NCBI GenBank assembly: GCA_013265495.1
Contig: MU057947.1
Coordinates: 630,048 to 694,047, forward strand
Direction of reading: 5' to 3'
Source: Vicugna vicugna
Taxonomy: Eukaryota
Length of the DNA stretch: 64,000 nt
The notes under the pieces are model-generated. The model saw only the letters and a list, made by a program, of their open reading frames with translations, was not told the DNA's origin and searched no databases. Made by a program: the position numbers and the translations under genes. Positions 46,640 through 60,240 of this stretch are shown here, piece after piece (the first letter of the stretch is position 1; each line of letters opens with the position of its first letter).

Positions 46640-48180
46640 AGGAGCTAGTGGGAACAGAAGTGGAATGGTTCCCAGGGGTGTGAATAGCACCAGAAATGGA
46701 AAATATGTGGGAAAGGATGAAAAAGTTTTCTTCAGCTTTTTGATTTTCATTAAAAATTATTATTCACAGTAAAATTAAGAATAATAAATTCAGGGTTTGA
46801 TAGTGTGTGTGAAAGTAAAACACAATAGTAGCACAAAAGGTAGAAATAGGGAAATGGAAGTATACTGTCATAGGTTCTTGTCTTACTGTGAGCAGATACC
46901 ATGTGAATTGAAGGAAGAACTTTGGTAAATCAGAGAGGCATATTGTAAGTCCTAGAATGCCACTGAAAAAAAGACCAATACAGAATGTAAAATAGAGTGC
47001 TGTTTTTAAAATAGTCTGGAAGAAGGCAGGACAAAGAGGGAAAGGACAGAGGACAGATGGGGCAAACAGCAAGTTGAGAGATCCAAGCCTGAACATGCGG
47101 ACAAGTGCATTAAATGTAAATGGTCTTAAGGTTTAAATAAAAGGGCATAGATAAACAGACTGGATTTAAAAAGCCAGACCCTACTATATATTTTCTACAG
47201 TAAACAGATAATTTAAAAGGATAAAGACAGTTCTGTGCAAAAAGGTAAGAAAAATAAAGGCATACATATTAGAAAGGAATGCATACACTGTCTTTGCTTT
47301 TAGATTACATAATTGTGTATGTGAACTGTCTTGTAGAATTTTGGAAATAACTTTTAAAGCTAACAGGTGAATTTAACAAGGATGAGGATACAAGTTTAAT
47401 ATCTAAGAATTGATTTTTACATAATAAGTTAAGAATTGAAAACCAATTACATTTACAAGTAACGTCCAAAGTACTAAGTATGAGGATTAACTTTAGTAAG
47501 AGATACGCAGCCCTCTCCACAGAACGCCATTAAGCATGAAAGAGGACTTGAATAAATGCTCACACCTTGGTCATTAGAACAGCCAGTGTTGCCTAGCAGT
47601 CAGTTCTCTGTGATCCGTCCCGTCAGGCTTCTAAATTCCCAGCTGATCCTGAATTTATATGGAAATGCGAAGGGCCTGGAATATCGGAAGCAACCTTGAA
47701 AAAGAACGAAACTGTAGGACTTAACACTACCTGAGTTCACGACTTAAGACAGCTCTTCTATAGTCACGGCGCTCCGGGACTGACACAGGCACCAAGACCC
47801 AGAGCGGCAGAACATCCTGGAGAGTCAGAGCCACTCTGTCCCTGGGGAGACTCCAGCCAGGTCAGCGGGGAAAGCAGGTCTTTTCATCAAACAGCCCTTG
47901 AACAACTGGACATCGTGCACACACACATGCGAGCCCGCCCTGACCCCTGGCTCACACCGCACATTAGAACTAATTTGAGATGGATTGCATACCTAACATA
48001 AAGCCAAACTCTAAAGCTTTCAGAGGGAAGCACGGGGAGTATCTTCACGAGTTGACCAGACATCTCATGTAACACAGAAAGACAAAGCTATGAGAGAAAA
48101 ATGTCGAAACTAAAAGACAACCTTAAGAAAATTGATCAGAAAGCCACAGAGTAGAAGGAAATATTTGCAGCACGTGTATT
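46640..48180 (+). mobile_element. Old LINE-1 fragments (inter-ORF and ORF2), degraded
   Basis: A-rich; cattaaatgtaaatggtct...gactggatttaaaagccagaccctactata (ORF2 start) and ctgatcctgaatttatatggaaatgcgaagggcctggaata...actacctgagttc. Confidence 0.75.
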
Positions 48181-49234
48181 CCGTGTCAGTAGCCATGGGT
48201 TGAGTGACTGAGGGGTGATCTAATTAAGGAGTACTTCATTTAGTTAATTAATACTTCCCCAGCCCACTGTGATGTGGGATGTGGAGATCCGTGAATCTGG
48301 GGACCACACAAACAGTAGTCCGAGATCTGAACGTCACCGTGTCGGTTCTCCGCCTTGCCCCGAGTGTGGTGTTGAGCCACGTGACCGGCCTGTTGGCGCA
48401 GCACCGTTGACAGCCCTCTCAGAAGGCCCTTCTCCAGCCCGGGGTGGGGGGGCGCTGTCTGCAGCGCCAGGACCCCGCAGAGCCGTGCGCGGGTGGACTC
48501 TGGCCACGGACTCCTGCTTTGGAATGGGACCTGGTTTTGAAGTCGGCCGTAGTTTGGAGCGCCCTGTAGAGTCCCGAGGGCGCCCTCTGATATCACTGCT
48601 ACTCACCCCAGGGCATCCTGCCTCCCACCCTGACGTCTTGGCTGATTCCTCAACACCAAAGGCAGCAGCCACGTTCAGACAGAGCGTATGCAGTGGTGCT
48701 GGCATTTTTCACAGACACCTCTGGGAGAATTTGAGCCTCTGATAATGTATGCTTGAGGCTTTTAAAAGTTTTAACTGATAGAGGCACACCTGATACTGCG
48801 GATTCAGAATTGAACATTTTCAGTTTTGTCTCTGTTGTCGAAAATAAAACATCTCCTCACCTCACCCCTACCCCGTAACATGGTAACGGGGGTGCAGCTG
48901 AATGGAGAGACTGAGAATTAAGCTGCTGCATTGGAAGGGGAACACAGTGGTGTCTGAGGGGGTCGTGGGACTGAGCAAGACCTGTGTAGTGACGAACTTG
49001 CTGTGACTGGAGAGTTGCTCTGTGAAAAGTCCGCTTTTCCAGCCTGACGTAATCGCTGCTCGCGTTGAGGGTCTGGGAGTTAGGGCAAAGCCTGGTGGGG
49101 CTGATCTTAGGTGGCTGTAAAACACCATCGCGTTACTGTAGTCAGTTAAGCAAGTCATGAGTGGAGTCATGACTGTTGGTCCATCCGGGGTTCCCTGCTG
49201 AGCTCTGAAGTGCCGTGAGGCTCTGCAGGCAAGA

Positions 49235-49505
49235 GACGTGTGGTGACCAGTCCCCAAGGTGACCTTCCCTCTGGTCTTCACGCTCTGGTTTCTTCCCAGA
49301 CTGAGTCAGGCCTGGCCCAGGGTGGCCCACAGGAGATGGCAGAACTGACGGCAGGACTTCCGAGGCTGGGTCACAAAGGGCACTGCCCCTCCAGTGCCCT
49401 CCTGGACCACGTCTTCTGAAGGAAGCAGCCCTTTAGAGGGGCCACGTGGGGAGGCACCGAGGCCCCCAGCCCCCAGCCAGCAGCCAGCACCAAATTTCCA
49501 GCCAC
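49235..49505 (+). mobile_element. MLT1-like (ERVL-MaLR) solo LTR fragment
   Basis: atggcagaactgacggcaggacttccgaggctgggtcacaaag and gaggggccacgtggggaggcaccgaggcc match MLT1E/F-type LTR motifs as recalled. Confidence 0.65.
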
Positions 49506-52500
49506 AGAAAGATGGAGGAAAAAGGCCGAAGGGAAGACACTGTCAGATGCTGACTTTCCTGGGGTTGATGGAGCATCCAGAGGAGGCCCCGGTCCAGACA
49601 GAAGGAAGACGGTCCTGGGAAGCAGGCCAAGTCACCAGAGGCAGACGCCATCGTCTGGGGAGGAGAGAAGTGGGGTTGGGGAGCAGACCCCAGCAGCACT
49701 GGACTGGCGAGCCTGGGCCTCCTTGCTGCCGGCGGTCACCTTGGGTGGGCTCAGGGGCTTTGTCTGTGCATGAGTGGCCCTTCCTGCCCTGGGGCTGGAG
49801 GCAGCCCTGGAGGAAGACTGTTCCGTTATGCCGTCCCCTGCTTTGAGCTCTGCCCTGTCTCCTGCTGCTACCAGGTGAGACTCAGAATCCCCACGTCTGC
49901 TCTCCAGCCTCACCTGCACCCCGCACCGGCCCCTCTTCCCTCCCCCGTCACCTGCCCACCCGCAGGTCTCAGCCCATGTCCCATTCTGGCCTGCGCTCTG
50001 CTCTCCTGAGCCTCACCGTGGCTAGTTGTGTGCCTGGCAAGCTCTCGCCTGCTCCACGAAGGTCCACATCACCCCCGCTTGCCCACCAGGGAGGTCACCA
50101 CATGGTGGTAGCTGCTGCTCGTTGAATGTGTATTGGATAAATGGGTAAGAAACCGATGAACTGGCTAACTGATAGACCTGCACACCTGCGGGGGGCCTTT
50201 CTCCCCGTGCCCCCACCTCAGGTGGGCCCGAGTTTGGGACATCACTATTTTCACCGGCCAGTGTGCTCTTTCCCAGGTGATGTTAGCCACCCCCCCAGTG
50301 CAGCAGGGTGGCCAGAATCCCTGGTGCCCTGGGCAGAGTCGGTTGCTGGGGACGGGCACAGACTCTGCCTGCCTTCCGCACTGGCCGCTCTGTGCTAGGG
50401 ACGGCAGCCACACCCCAGTGGTGACACCTGTGGGAACTGCAGGTACAGTCACCAGTTGAGGAGTGAAGTGGAGCCCCTGACCCCTGGGCGCCCATCAGGT
50501 CCTTTCACGTGGGCCATCACCAGCCTCAGAGCCTGCTGTCTGTGTCCCCCAGGCTCTGGGCTCTGCTCAGTTTGGCCTCCAGCCCAGACTTCCCAGAGAA
50601 GCCCCAGGACAGTTGGAAGACAGTGAAGGGTTACTCTGCTTTGGTCACTTACCTGCCAGAGCAGAGGCAGAGCCATGACCCTCAGCCCTTTGTACAGACG
50701 TGAGGACTGACTTTTCAGGGAACAGATCTGATTCTAAGTGTAAAAGGCTAAAGGAACTTAGTCTTAACTTGTGGGGTTGCCACCTGCCATGGCATCCTCT
50801 CTGCACTGCAGCCCTGATCCTGCCAGGGGGGAAGAGACCAGAACCCACCTGGATGGGCAGCAGAGTCGTGTCCTCCCGCCTCACCCCTTCCCATCTACTT
50901 GGGTGAACTTCTCTGCGCGAGTTCGCGGTGTGGTACCCTGGCCAGGCACCCTCCTCCCGCCTCCCCTACTTGTCACCCCTGCCGAGGACACACATCACCC
51001 CCTTGCCCGCACCTGCACGGCCGTCCTCATTTGAATAGGTGAGAAACCAAAGTCAGCCACACAACTGGAGCTGGAGTCCATCACTCAGAATTCAGTCACA
51101 ACTTCTTTTGAATTCTTCAGCTGCCCTGCGGCAAAGGCTCAATGTTGATACTGAGATTAATCCCCAAAGAGCCCCTCATTTCTCTGCAGAGAAATTAAAG
51201 CTTGCCAGTTTTCCTTTCTCCTGTCCTTCTGACAGCTCTGTCAGTAACGATACGCTTTCTCCGTGGCATAATCCCTGTCCCACGGTTAAGAATAATTCAT
51301 TAAGAAATTAAGGGCTTAGCTTCTTTCTCTTGGGCTGGTCATCAAAAGTTAGCTAAAATTATTTAACAGGCCTCAGGGCGGTTTCAGACAAGCTGGAGAA
51401 GCCGTGTAGGCAGGGATCATTCAGAGTCAGCCCCCCGCCCCGATTCGCCGGTGCTCCCGGACACTGGGTCAGAGGACACCGGCTCCAGTGTCCTGGGACG
51501 GTGGGGCACTGCCCTGGGTCGGGGAGAAGCTAGTTTTCAGACCTGCAGGAGCAGAGAGCTGTCTGCTAGTCATGCTGGACACTCAGAAAGACTAGCAGGA
51601 GGCTTCTGGAAGCTTCTTACAGAATGCACGGGAGCTCCTGACTGGGGTTGGGAGGCGGGTGGGGTCCAGCTTACACATGTTGGCACATTTTGACAGACCA
51701 CTGGGGCCAACAGCGCAAAATGGCCTGGAGCTGATGTTGGGTCCCGAAGACTGGTCCCTTTTCTGCCGCCAGACTGAAGCCACGGAAGGGAAGGTGGGGT
51801 TTGACAGAAGCCGCTTGTCGCTGACTCTGGGCGGACGGAGGGACATCAGTGTTGGAAAAGGTGTTTCGTTTTAAATCTCATTTTCCTCCCTCTGTGTTGT
51901 GATGACAGGTTTGTGCCCGGCAGGGACGCTGGCTCCCGTGGGTCGATTCTCCCTGTGTGGTAGGCCCGGGAGGTAACGACCTCGCCGGCCGAAAAGCTGG
52001 GAGGATTTCTAGGGGAGGAGCAAAGCGGGGCAGGGCTCCAGGCAGAACGCAGGGTCCATGAAGCTTGCAGGGGCTGGCATGTCAAAGGGACGTGGGACTG
52101 GAGATCCCCGACTTGACTTAGAGCCTTCTTTTTTTCCAGGGACCTTCAACAACGTGCACACGCCCTTCTCCCCTCCCCCTCCACTTTTTTTTTTTAATAT
52201 ATACAGTGTGTTTCTATTTCCTATATTGTTCAGAAACCATTAACACCCATTCAGAAGTCAGCTATGCCGCTTTGAGCTGAATGACAATGATGTGAATGGT
52301 AAAGGGTGTTAATGTATAATTATTCACATTCATACCAGGACATTCACAGTTTAATCATTTCTCTGTAGGCTTCCTTAAGTTTGAGCTTAAAGTCTTAGGC
52401 ATAATTCTTTTGTTAAATAAGTTTCGGGCTCTCTAATTATTGGGACGGTGAATACGAATAGGCCCGGGTGCAGCTGGGAGGCTGTTGAACCCGCTTCACC

Positions 52501-53861
52501 TGCGCCAGGCTCTCCAGGTGCGTGCATCCTCTCCCCGCACGCGGGTGAGGCCGCCGGCTCATTTCCAAGGGCTAACCATCCAATCCGGCTGTGAGATGAG
52601 CCCAGAGATTGTGTTCTGGGGTGCCCAGGGCCAGCCGGAGCTGCGGGGGCATTTCTGTTCATAAGCCTGGAACCCCGCTCAGTCTGGCCACGCTTGGAAA
52701 GGGACCACCTTCACCCTTTATGGTCCTCTGGACCCCTCTGTCCTCCTCAACTGGTGAGGACTCCGAAGAGCCTTGGGTTAAGAGGGTTCTGTCTGTCTAC
52801 ATTTACCGTATTAGAAATTAAACCTCAGAATTTTTAATATATTGTTTTAAAATAATAATAAATTACTTGTTATCAAAAGTAATATGTTTACATAAAAATA
52901 CTTTCCAAGACCAGAAACACTCAGAAGAGGGGCCAGGCCGGCTGCTTTAGGGTGTGGTCCTCCTCGCCATCCTCCAGAGGGCCCTGCGCTGAGCCCCCGG
53001 GAGGTCAGATGCTCCTGTGGGTTTCAGGGGTCACCATGGAGGCGTGGGCTCACTCCAGGTGAACCGGGGTGAACCAGGGGCTTACGTCAAAGAAGCAGGA
53101 AGGTTCCTTTTTTCTTGAACATCCTCGGACCACAGGCTGTGACTTGGGCCTTTGCACACAGTTTCCGTAGCTCCACCGTTAGCCAGACAGCCTCACATGT
53201 AGGGCTGGCAGGAGCCACCTGGATGGGGTCTCCCTCAGCAGTGCCTGGGACTCAGAGACCCACAATGGGGACTCGAGAGGCCAGGGCCGGGTTCCCTCCT
53301 CTGGAAAAGGGGTCCTCACATTTGGCGCTTGCAAAAGCAGTTGTAGGACATGGAGCATCATGTGGATGTCTTTTCCGCACAAGCTGCTGCTCCTCTGCCC
53401 CAGCTCTGCCTCACCCGCCCCAGCTTCCGGGCTGGGGGACAGTCCCACCTCCAGGAAACGCCTTCCCACTCTTCAAGACCCATCTCCCACCCTGGCAGCT
53501 CTGCTCCCACATCACCCTCCCCGTCTCCCTGTCCATGTAAAGCACAGGGTTCGCAGCCTGTTTCTGTAGTTTGTTAGACATGAAGGTTGGCGTGGGGCTC
53601 TGTCGCCGACGGCCACCACAACGCAGCACTCTTCACAAGTCGGGGCTGCCCCCGTGTTCTGTAGATGAGCCCCTTGCGCCGTCCCAACCAGCCGGGGCCC
53701 GAAGATGCTGGAGGGCACAGGGGTAGCCCTGTGTCACTCCTGACCCCCCGCCCAGTTCCACGGCAGGTTCTCACGTGTTTCACGGAGGAGCAGGTGCCGC
53801 CCTGGCGTCAGGAAGCCCACACCCCCTCGTGTACGCCAGTCTGACGCTCCCAGCCAGGTTT

Positions 53862-54360
53862 CTTTTTTATTGAAGTATAATCGGTTTACAGTGTTGTGAT
53901 AATCTCTGGTGTTCAGCCTCGTGCATCAGCTATATATCTGTGTATATATTCCTTTTCATACTGTTTCATTATAGGCCGTTACGAAGTATTGAACATAGTT
54001 CCCTGTGCTGTACAGTAGGGCCTTGTTTATCGATTTTGTATATAGTAGTTAGTATCTGCAAGTCCTGAGCTCCCAGTTTATCCCTCCACCCCCCCTTCCC
54101 CCGGTAACTGTAAGTTTGTCTTCTCTATCTATGGGCCTGTTTCTGTTTTGTAAATAAATTATTTTGTCATTTTTTAGATTCCGCATATAAGAGATATCAT
54201 ATGGTATTTGTCCTTCTCTGTCTGCCTTACTTCACTTAGTATGATCACCTCCAGGTCCGTCCACGTTGCTGCAAATGTGTGTATACACACCACATCTTCC
54301 TTAGCCAGCCGTCTGTTGATGGGCATTTAGGTTGTTCCCATGTTGGGCTGTTATAAATAG
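53862..54360 (-). mobile_element. 5'-truncated cetartiodactyl-type LINE-1 3' end
   Basis: ttttttattgaagtataatcggtttacagtgttgtg... homologous to the 1-688 and 45700-46372 copies. Confidence 0.9.
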
Positions 54361-55194
54361 TTAAGCAGATACATTTAATTCAGTTAGTCTGCCTCGGTAC
54401 GGCATGTACTCAAATGAAAATCCTGTGTTGCTTCCTGAACCTTTGGAGGGACCTATAAAGGCTTTTACTCCTTCGGTTTTTCTCGGCTGCTCATAGAGTT
54501 GTAGAGGTCACGGCTAACATGTTGAAATAAATCCAGTTATTTTCACTTAAACAGCGTTACGTTTCATGTACAATGAAATATGTGTGTATTGGAGCACGTG
54601 GAAAGGAGAGATTATGTACCAGTTGGCTGCCGTCAGCCACTCCTAATGTTGGAGGAGGCGGCAGCCGCTAGGGGTGAGTTTGGAGGTCTGGAGGGCTTGT
54701 TTATATTTATAAAGGCCCCCTCCGAGCGCACACCAGTTAGCAGTAGGGTGTCCTGTCTGGCCCATCTGGAGGCACCTGGCCGAGCTGCATTAGCTCCGTC
54801 TGCAGGGAACTGAGCCAGACCCCCGGTGCCCTCGTTCTGCGGGTGACCAGCTCCCCGTCTGGAATACAGGGAGAGAACGCCTGCTGGGGCTGCCACTCTG
54901 GCCAGCAGCAGCTTTGGGTCCTGAGAGCATCTGAGAATCTGCAGAGCTGCAGGTGCCCCCTCTGCCCGATTGCATTCAGTACTTGCATCAGGACCACGTG
55001 CCTCCACAGAACCATGTCCCCAGCCACATCACCAGGGTGAACAGCTTCCTCTTGGGCTAGGGTCCCTGCCTCCCTTTGCTCTGTCTCCTGAGCTGGGCTT
55101 GGCAGGTTGAGGTTCCTCTTACAGAAAACAGTGCTCTTCCCCTCCCCCAGGCACCAGCCCTCCCAGTGGACGCAGGGAAGTCCGGCCCCGCGCT

Positions 55195-55325
55195 TACACA
55201 CTCATCCTTTATTCACCCAGTACGTGCTCACTGGGTGCCCCCTCTGGGTCAGCCACAGAGCTGGCTGTTGGGATTCGGACTTGTAAGGCAGATCCTTGCT
55301 CTGAGCTGGGTTGAGTAGAAGAAAC
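55195..55325 (-). mobile_element. L2 3' end remnant
   Basis: ctcatcctttattcacccagtacgtgctcactgggtgcc...gatccttgctctgagct, a degenerate L2 pattern. Confidence 0.45.
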
Positions 55326-55499
55326 TGCTGGGTGACAATATTATTGAGAGTGTTTGGGGGAGGGGGTGGGTGGAGTAGCAAAGGGGAAAGATTTTACAAA
55401 GCGTGTGACCTAGACTGTTTTAAATAGGCGTCTTGACCTGTGGGGAGAAAACTCTCTTTGATTAAAGAAAAGGTGTCTAGAAAATGTGTTTCCCCCTGT

Positions 55500-58400
55500 C
55501 TTGCTTTTTCATGTAGTAAAATTGACTTTTTGTGGAATACAGTGCTACGCATTTTAACACATGTATAGATTTCTATGGCCCCCACCGTGATCAGGATATG
55601 GGAGCTCCACCCCCCTAAAAGCTTCCTCCTGCTGCACATTTGTAATCACAGCTGCCTCCCCTGAATCCCATCGCCTCCCACCCTCCCCCACCCCGGCTCC
55701 TGGCAACCGCTGACCTGTTCTCCGTCACCAAGGCTTACGGTTTTTAAGAGTGTCATAGAAATGGGCTCAGACGGTATTTAATCTTTTGGGCCTGGCATCT
55801 GTCAGGCAGCTTACTGCCTTCGAGATCCACCCAAGTTGTTTGTTGTATCTGTAGTTTATTCCGCTGTACAGGTGTGTCTTCATGCGTTTATGTTTTGGCT
55901 ACAGCCGTTCTAACCGAGCTGGGATGCTCTCTCACGACGATTTTCATTCGTGTTTCCCTGATGGTTAGGTACGCTGACCATCTTTTCATGTGCTTGCTTA
56001 CCATCGTGCAGCCTCTCTGCAAGCTCTCAGTTCATGTCTTTTGGGCATTTTTTAATCAGATGGTTTGTCTTCTTACTGTTCGGTGTAAAGAATTTCTTAT
56101 ATATTGCAGATCTAAATGCTTTGCTGGATGTGTTACTTCCAGATAACTTCTCCCAGTCCGTAGCTTGTCTTTTACCTCCTAGCACTAACTTTCATGAGCC
56201 AGGTTTGTTTGTTTGTTTCATTTTGCTGAAGTCCAGTTTATTTTCTAACTTACGGATTGTGCTTTTGATGACACATCTGAGAATTGTTTGCCTAACTCCA
56301 GGTTACAAAGGTTTTTCCTATATTTTCTTCTAACATTTTTTCATTTTGAAGTTTTATTTAAATATATCATTTATTTTAACTTAATTTTATAAGATATGAT
56401 ATTTAGGTCAGGATTCAATGTTTTACATATAGGTACCCAGTTTCTAGCACCAGTTTTTGAGAATAATACCCTTTTTCCTTTGAAATGCCTTTATACCTTT
56501 GTCAAAAACCATGTGGACAAATGTGTGTGAGTCTCTTTTGGAAATCTCTATCCAATTCTATCAATCTATATGCTTATCCCTTTAAAGATTTTTTATTTTG
56601 ATTTATTACAGCATAACAGTAGATCTTGAACCCTATTAGTGTTCTTTCTCCAATTTTTTTTTCCTTTTCAAAATGTTTTGACTATTCAAGTTCCTTTGCC
56701 TTTCCATGTAAGTTTTAGAATTGACTTGTGTATATCTACAACAAGTAGATATAGACAAAACCCCTGGGATTTTGACTGGAATGGAAATATATAGAGAGAG
56801 ATCAGTTTTGGAGAACTGAAATCTTTCTGATATTGAGATTTCCTATCCATGAACATGGTATGCGTCTCAAATTGTTTAGGTATTCTTTTATTTATTATAT
56901 CAACATTTTGGCATTTTCTGCATAAAGATCTTTTATATGATTGTTATATTTAAATGTAAATATTTCATTTTGGTTGGCGCTATTATACATGACAGAACTC
57001 TGATTGATTTTTGTGTATTGACCTTGTACCTGGTAACCTTGCTGAATTCACCTATAAGGTCAAAGTTGATTTTATTGTCTTTCTTTTTTTTTTTAGTATA
57101 TTTCTGGGCATTTTCCCATAAACAATCATGTTGTCTATAAATAGTGACCGTTTTCTTTCTTTCTTTCCAAAATATATGACTTTCATTTCCTTTTCTTGCC
57201 TTATTACAGTGGCTTGAATTCCACTGTGATGTTGAATAAAAGTGTACATCCTTGCTTTTTTCACAGTCTTGAGGGGAAATGCATTCAGCTTTTCACAGTT
57301 AAGTATGATATTAGCTGTAGGGCTTTTTTGTCGATAACTTCATCAGGTTAAGGAAGTTACCTTCTATTCCTGGATGGCTGAGAGCTTTTATCATGAATTA
57401 ATGTTGAAATTTGTTAAATTTTTTTCTACTGCAATTGATATTCTTACATACTTTTCTTCATTAGGCTGTTAATATGGTGGATTGCATTAGTTCCCTTTTT
57501 AATAGACTTTATTTTTTAGAACAGTTTTAGATTTACAAAAAAAAAATTTTGACAAGTTAGTACAGAGAACTCTCTGATACCCCACACCATTTTGCCCTAA
57601 TTGATATCTCATATTAGTATGGTGCACTTGTTAAAATCGGTGAACTAGTGTTGATACCTTATTAATTAGTGAAGTTCATATTTTATTCAGAGTTCCTTAA
57701 GTTTTACCTATGTCCTTCTTCTGTTCCAGGAACCTATTTAGGATATCATATTATATTTGGTCATTATATCTCCCTAGACTCCTCCTACTGGCATTGACAT
57801 TTTCTGAGATTTTCCTTGTGTTAGATGACCCTGACAGTTTTCAGGAGTACTGGTCAGGAATTTTGTAGAATGTCACAATATTAGAATTTGTATGATTTTT
57901 TGTCATCATAGACTGGGGCTCTGGAGTTACGGGAGGAAGACCCCAAGGCGAAGTGCCATTTTCATGATGTCACACCAAGGGTACGTACTGTCATGGTTTA
58001 TCGCTGTTGAGGTTGACCTCAGTCTGTACCAATAGTGAGATGGACATTAGTTCTTACTCACGTCTACAATTCTAATCCATCATCACGTGGATCATTCTAG
58101 CCTCCTCCCCCTGCTCATCTGCAAACCTCTATCAGTGAGACACTGGCTTGTACCTTCCACCACCTAGTGACTAGTTGTTCGAGCCCTGCATACCATATAG
58201 CAATATCAGAATTTTTAACCCATATTCCCATGAGAAGCAACTTTAGCAGACAGAGTACAGTGTGAAGATGCAGTTCCTTCTGCCTTAGTCCAATAGACTC
58301 CACTCGTTTCCAAAGGAGATGACTTAGGTCGCCCCTTTTTCCTCCCGCACCCTTCATTGGGGTTGTTCACATGTTTGTAATACAGTTAGAGCCTCCTGTT

Positions 58401-60240
58401 ACAGCCTGCGTTCTTTCCCGGCATAGTCCAATCTCTTAAGTGTTTTGTTGTTGTTGTTAATTTGCATATATTGAAACAAGGGTTTCTCTGTCTATTGTTT
58501 TTCCTTTTACGAAATGTCATATTGTTGGAATCATACAGCATGCAGACTTTGCAGAATTTTTTTTTCACTTAGGAATATATATTTAAGATACCTCCATGTC
58601 TTTTTGTGACTGGATAGTTCACTCTTTGTAAGACTAAGTAATATTCCATTGTGTGGATTTTCCATAGTTTATTTGCCTAAAGGACATCTTGGTTGCTTCC
58701 GATTCTTGGCAATAGGTAAATAAAGCTGCTATGAACATTCATGTGTAGGTGTTTATGTGGACTGAAGTTTTCCAGTCAGTCATATAAATACTTGGGAGTG
58801 TAATTGCTGGTTTCCATGGTGAGCCTGCTTAGCTTTGTGAGAAATTGCCAGATTTTCTTCCAAGTAGCTTTTCCACTTTACATTTTTATTGGCAATGAAT
58901 GAGCATCTCTCATCCTCACTGGCAGTCAGTACTGTCAAGATTTTTTTTTTTAGCCATTCTAATAGGTGTGTGATCGTATCTCATTGTTTTAACCTGTAAT
59001 TCCCTAATGATAAATGATGTTGAAATATCTTTTCATATGCTTATTTGTCACCTGTATATCTTTTTTGGTGAAGAGGTATCTGTTAAGCTGTTATCCATTT
59101 TATAATTGGGCTGTTTTCTTATTGTTGAGTTTTTAAGAATTCTTTGTGTATTTTGGATACAAGTCCTTTATCAGATATTTGTTTCACAAAACTTTCTTTC
59201 AGTCTGTGGCTTTTCTTTAAGGTGTCCCAGAAGCATCTTTCACAGAGCAGAAATTAATTTTGATAAAGTCTGTTTTTTTTTTTTAACCCACTTTTTTTTT
59301 CATGGATCATGCTTTATCTAAAGACCCTTCCCGAAACCCAAGGTCACCTCGATTTTTCGCCTGTGTTATCTTCTAGGTGTCTTGTAGTTTTGCCTTTTAG
59401 ATTTAGGTCTGATCCATTTTGAGTTAGTTTTTGCAAAAGGTGCATGATCTGTGTCTGGATGCATTTTTTGCATGTGGCTGTCCAGTTGTTCCAGCACCAG
59501 TTTTTGGAAAGACTACCCTTGTCCATTGAATTACCTTTGCGCCTGTATTTGTGTGGATTATTTCTCTTCTGTTCCATTGGTCTGTGTTCTTCCAGTGGTA
59601 CATCCCATCTTGATTACTGTGGCTTCATATATAGATTAATTTTTCAAATATTGAATCAGCCTTCCATTCCTGGGACAAACTCTACTTAATTTTGGTATAT
59701 TTTTCTTGATGTAATTCTTGATTTGATTTGCCAATACTTTGTTGTGAATTTTTACATCTATGTCCGTAAGAGATACTGTCCTGTACTTTTCCAGTTACTG
59801 TTTTGTTTTTTTTGTTTGTTTGTTTTGTTTTTTGATATTGGAGTAATTCTAGCCTCCTAAGATATTTTGGAAAGTATTCCCTTCTCTTCTGTTTTCTGAA
59901 AAAGATTGTGCTGAACTGATGTGTGAAGTGTTTGATAGAGTTTCCTGGTGAAATTATCCAGCCCCAGTGATTTCAGAAGGTTTTAAACTGTGAATTCAAT
60001 TCTTTGGTACCTACAGGACGGTCTCCGTTGCCCGCTTCATCTTAGATGAGCTTTGGCAGTTTGCAGTGCTTGATCAGTTGGACTAGTGCATCGGTGATGT
60101 TGAATATGTGAATAGAGTTATTTGTAGGAAAACCTTTTTGTCCATTTAATGTCTGTGAGTAGTGACATCCCCTCGTTCATGCATGTTCATGCATGCATGT
60201 GTTGATATTTTGTTGGGGTTTTTCTTATCAGTCTGATCCT
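55500..60240 (-). mobile_element. Old LINE-1 (3' end through ORF2) split by a nested L1
   Basis: Antisense ORF2 motifs at 57100-57490 (SLFIDNMIVY, a degenerate FADDMIVY) resume at about 59631. Confidence 0.85.
57495..59630 (-). mobile_element. Nested LINE-1 3' end (L1MC1/2-like) inside an older L1
   Basis: Starts with a T-rich tail and tttagaacagttttagatttaca, then a long L1MC-type 3'UTR and ORF2 3' end. Host L1 sequence is colinear across it. Confidence 0.75.

Noticed and set aside
48396..48416. REST/NRSE-like site cagcaccgttgacag (similar word near 42233)
   Set aside because: Mismatches in the GGACAG core and in the 5' TTC; plausible by chance.
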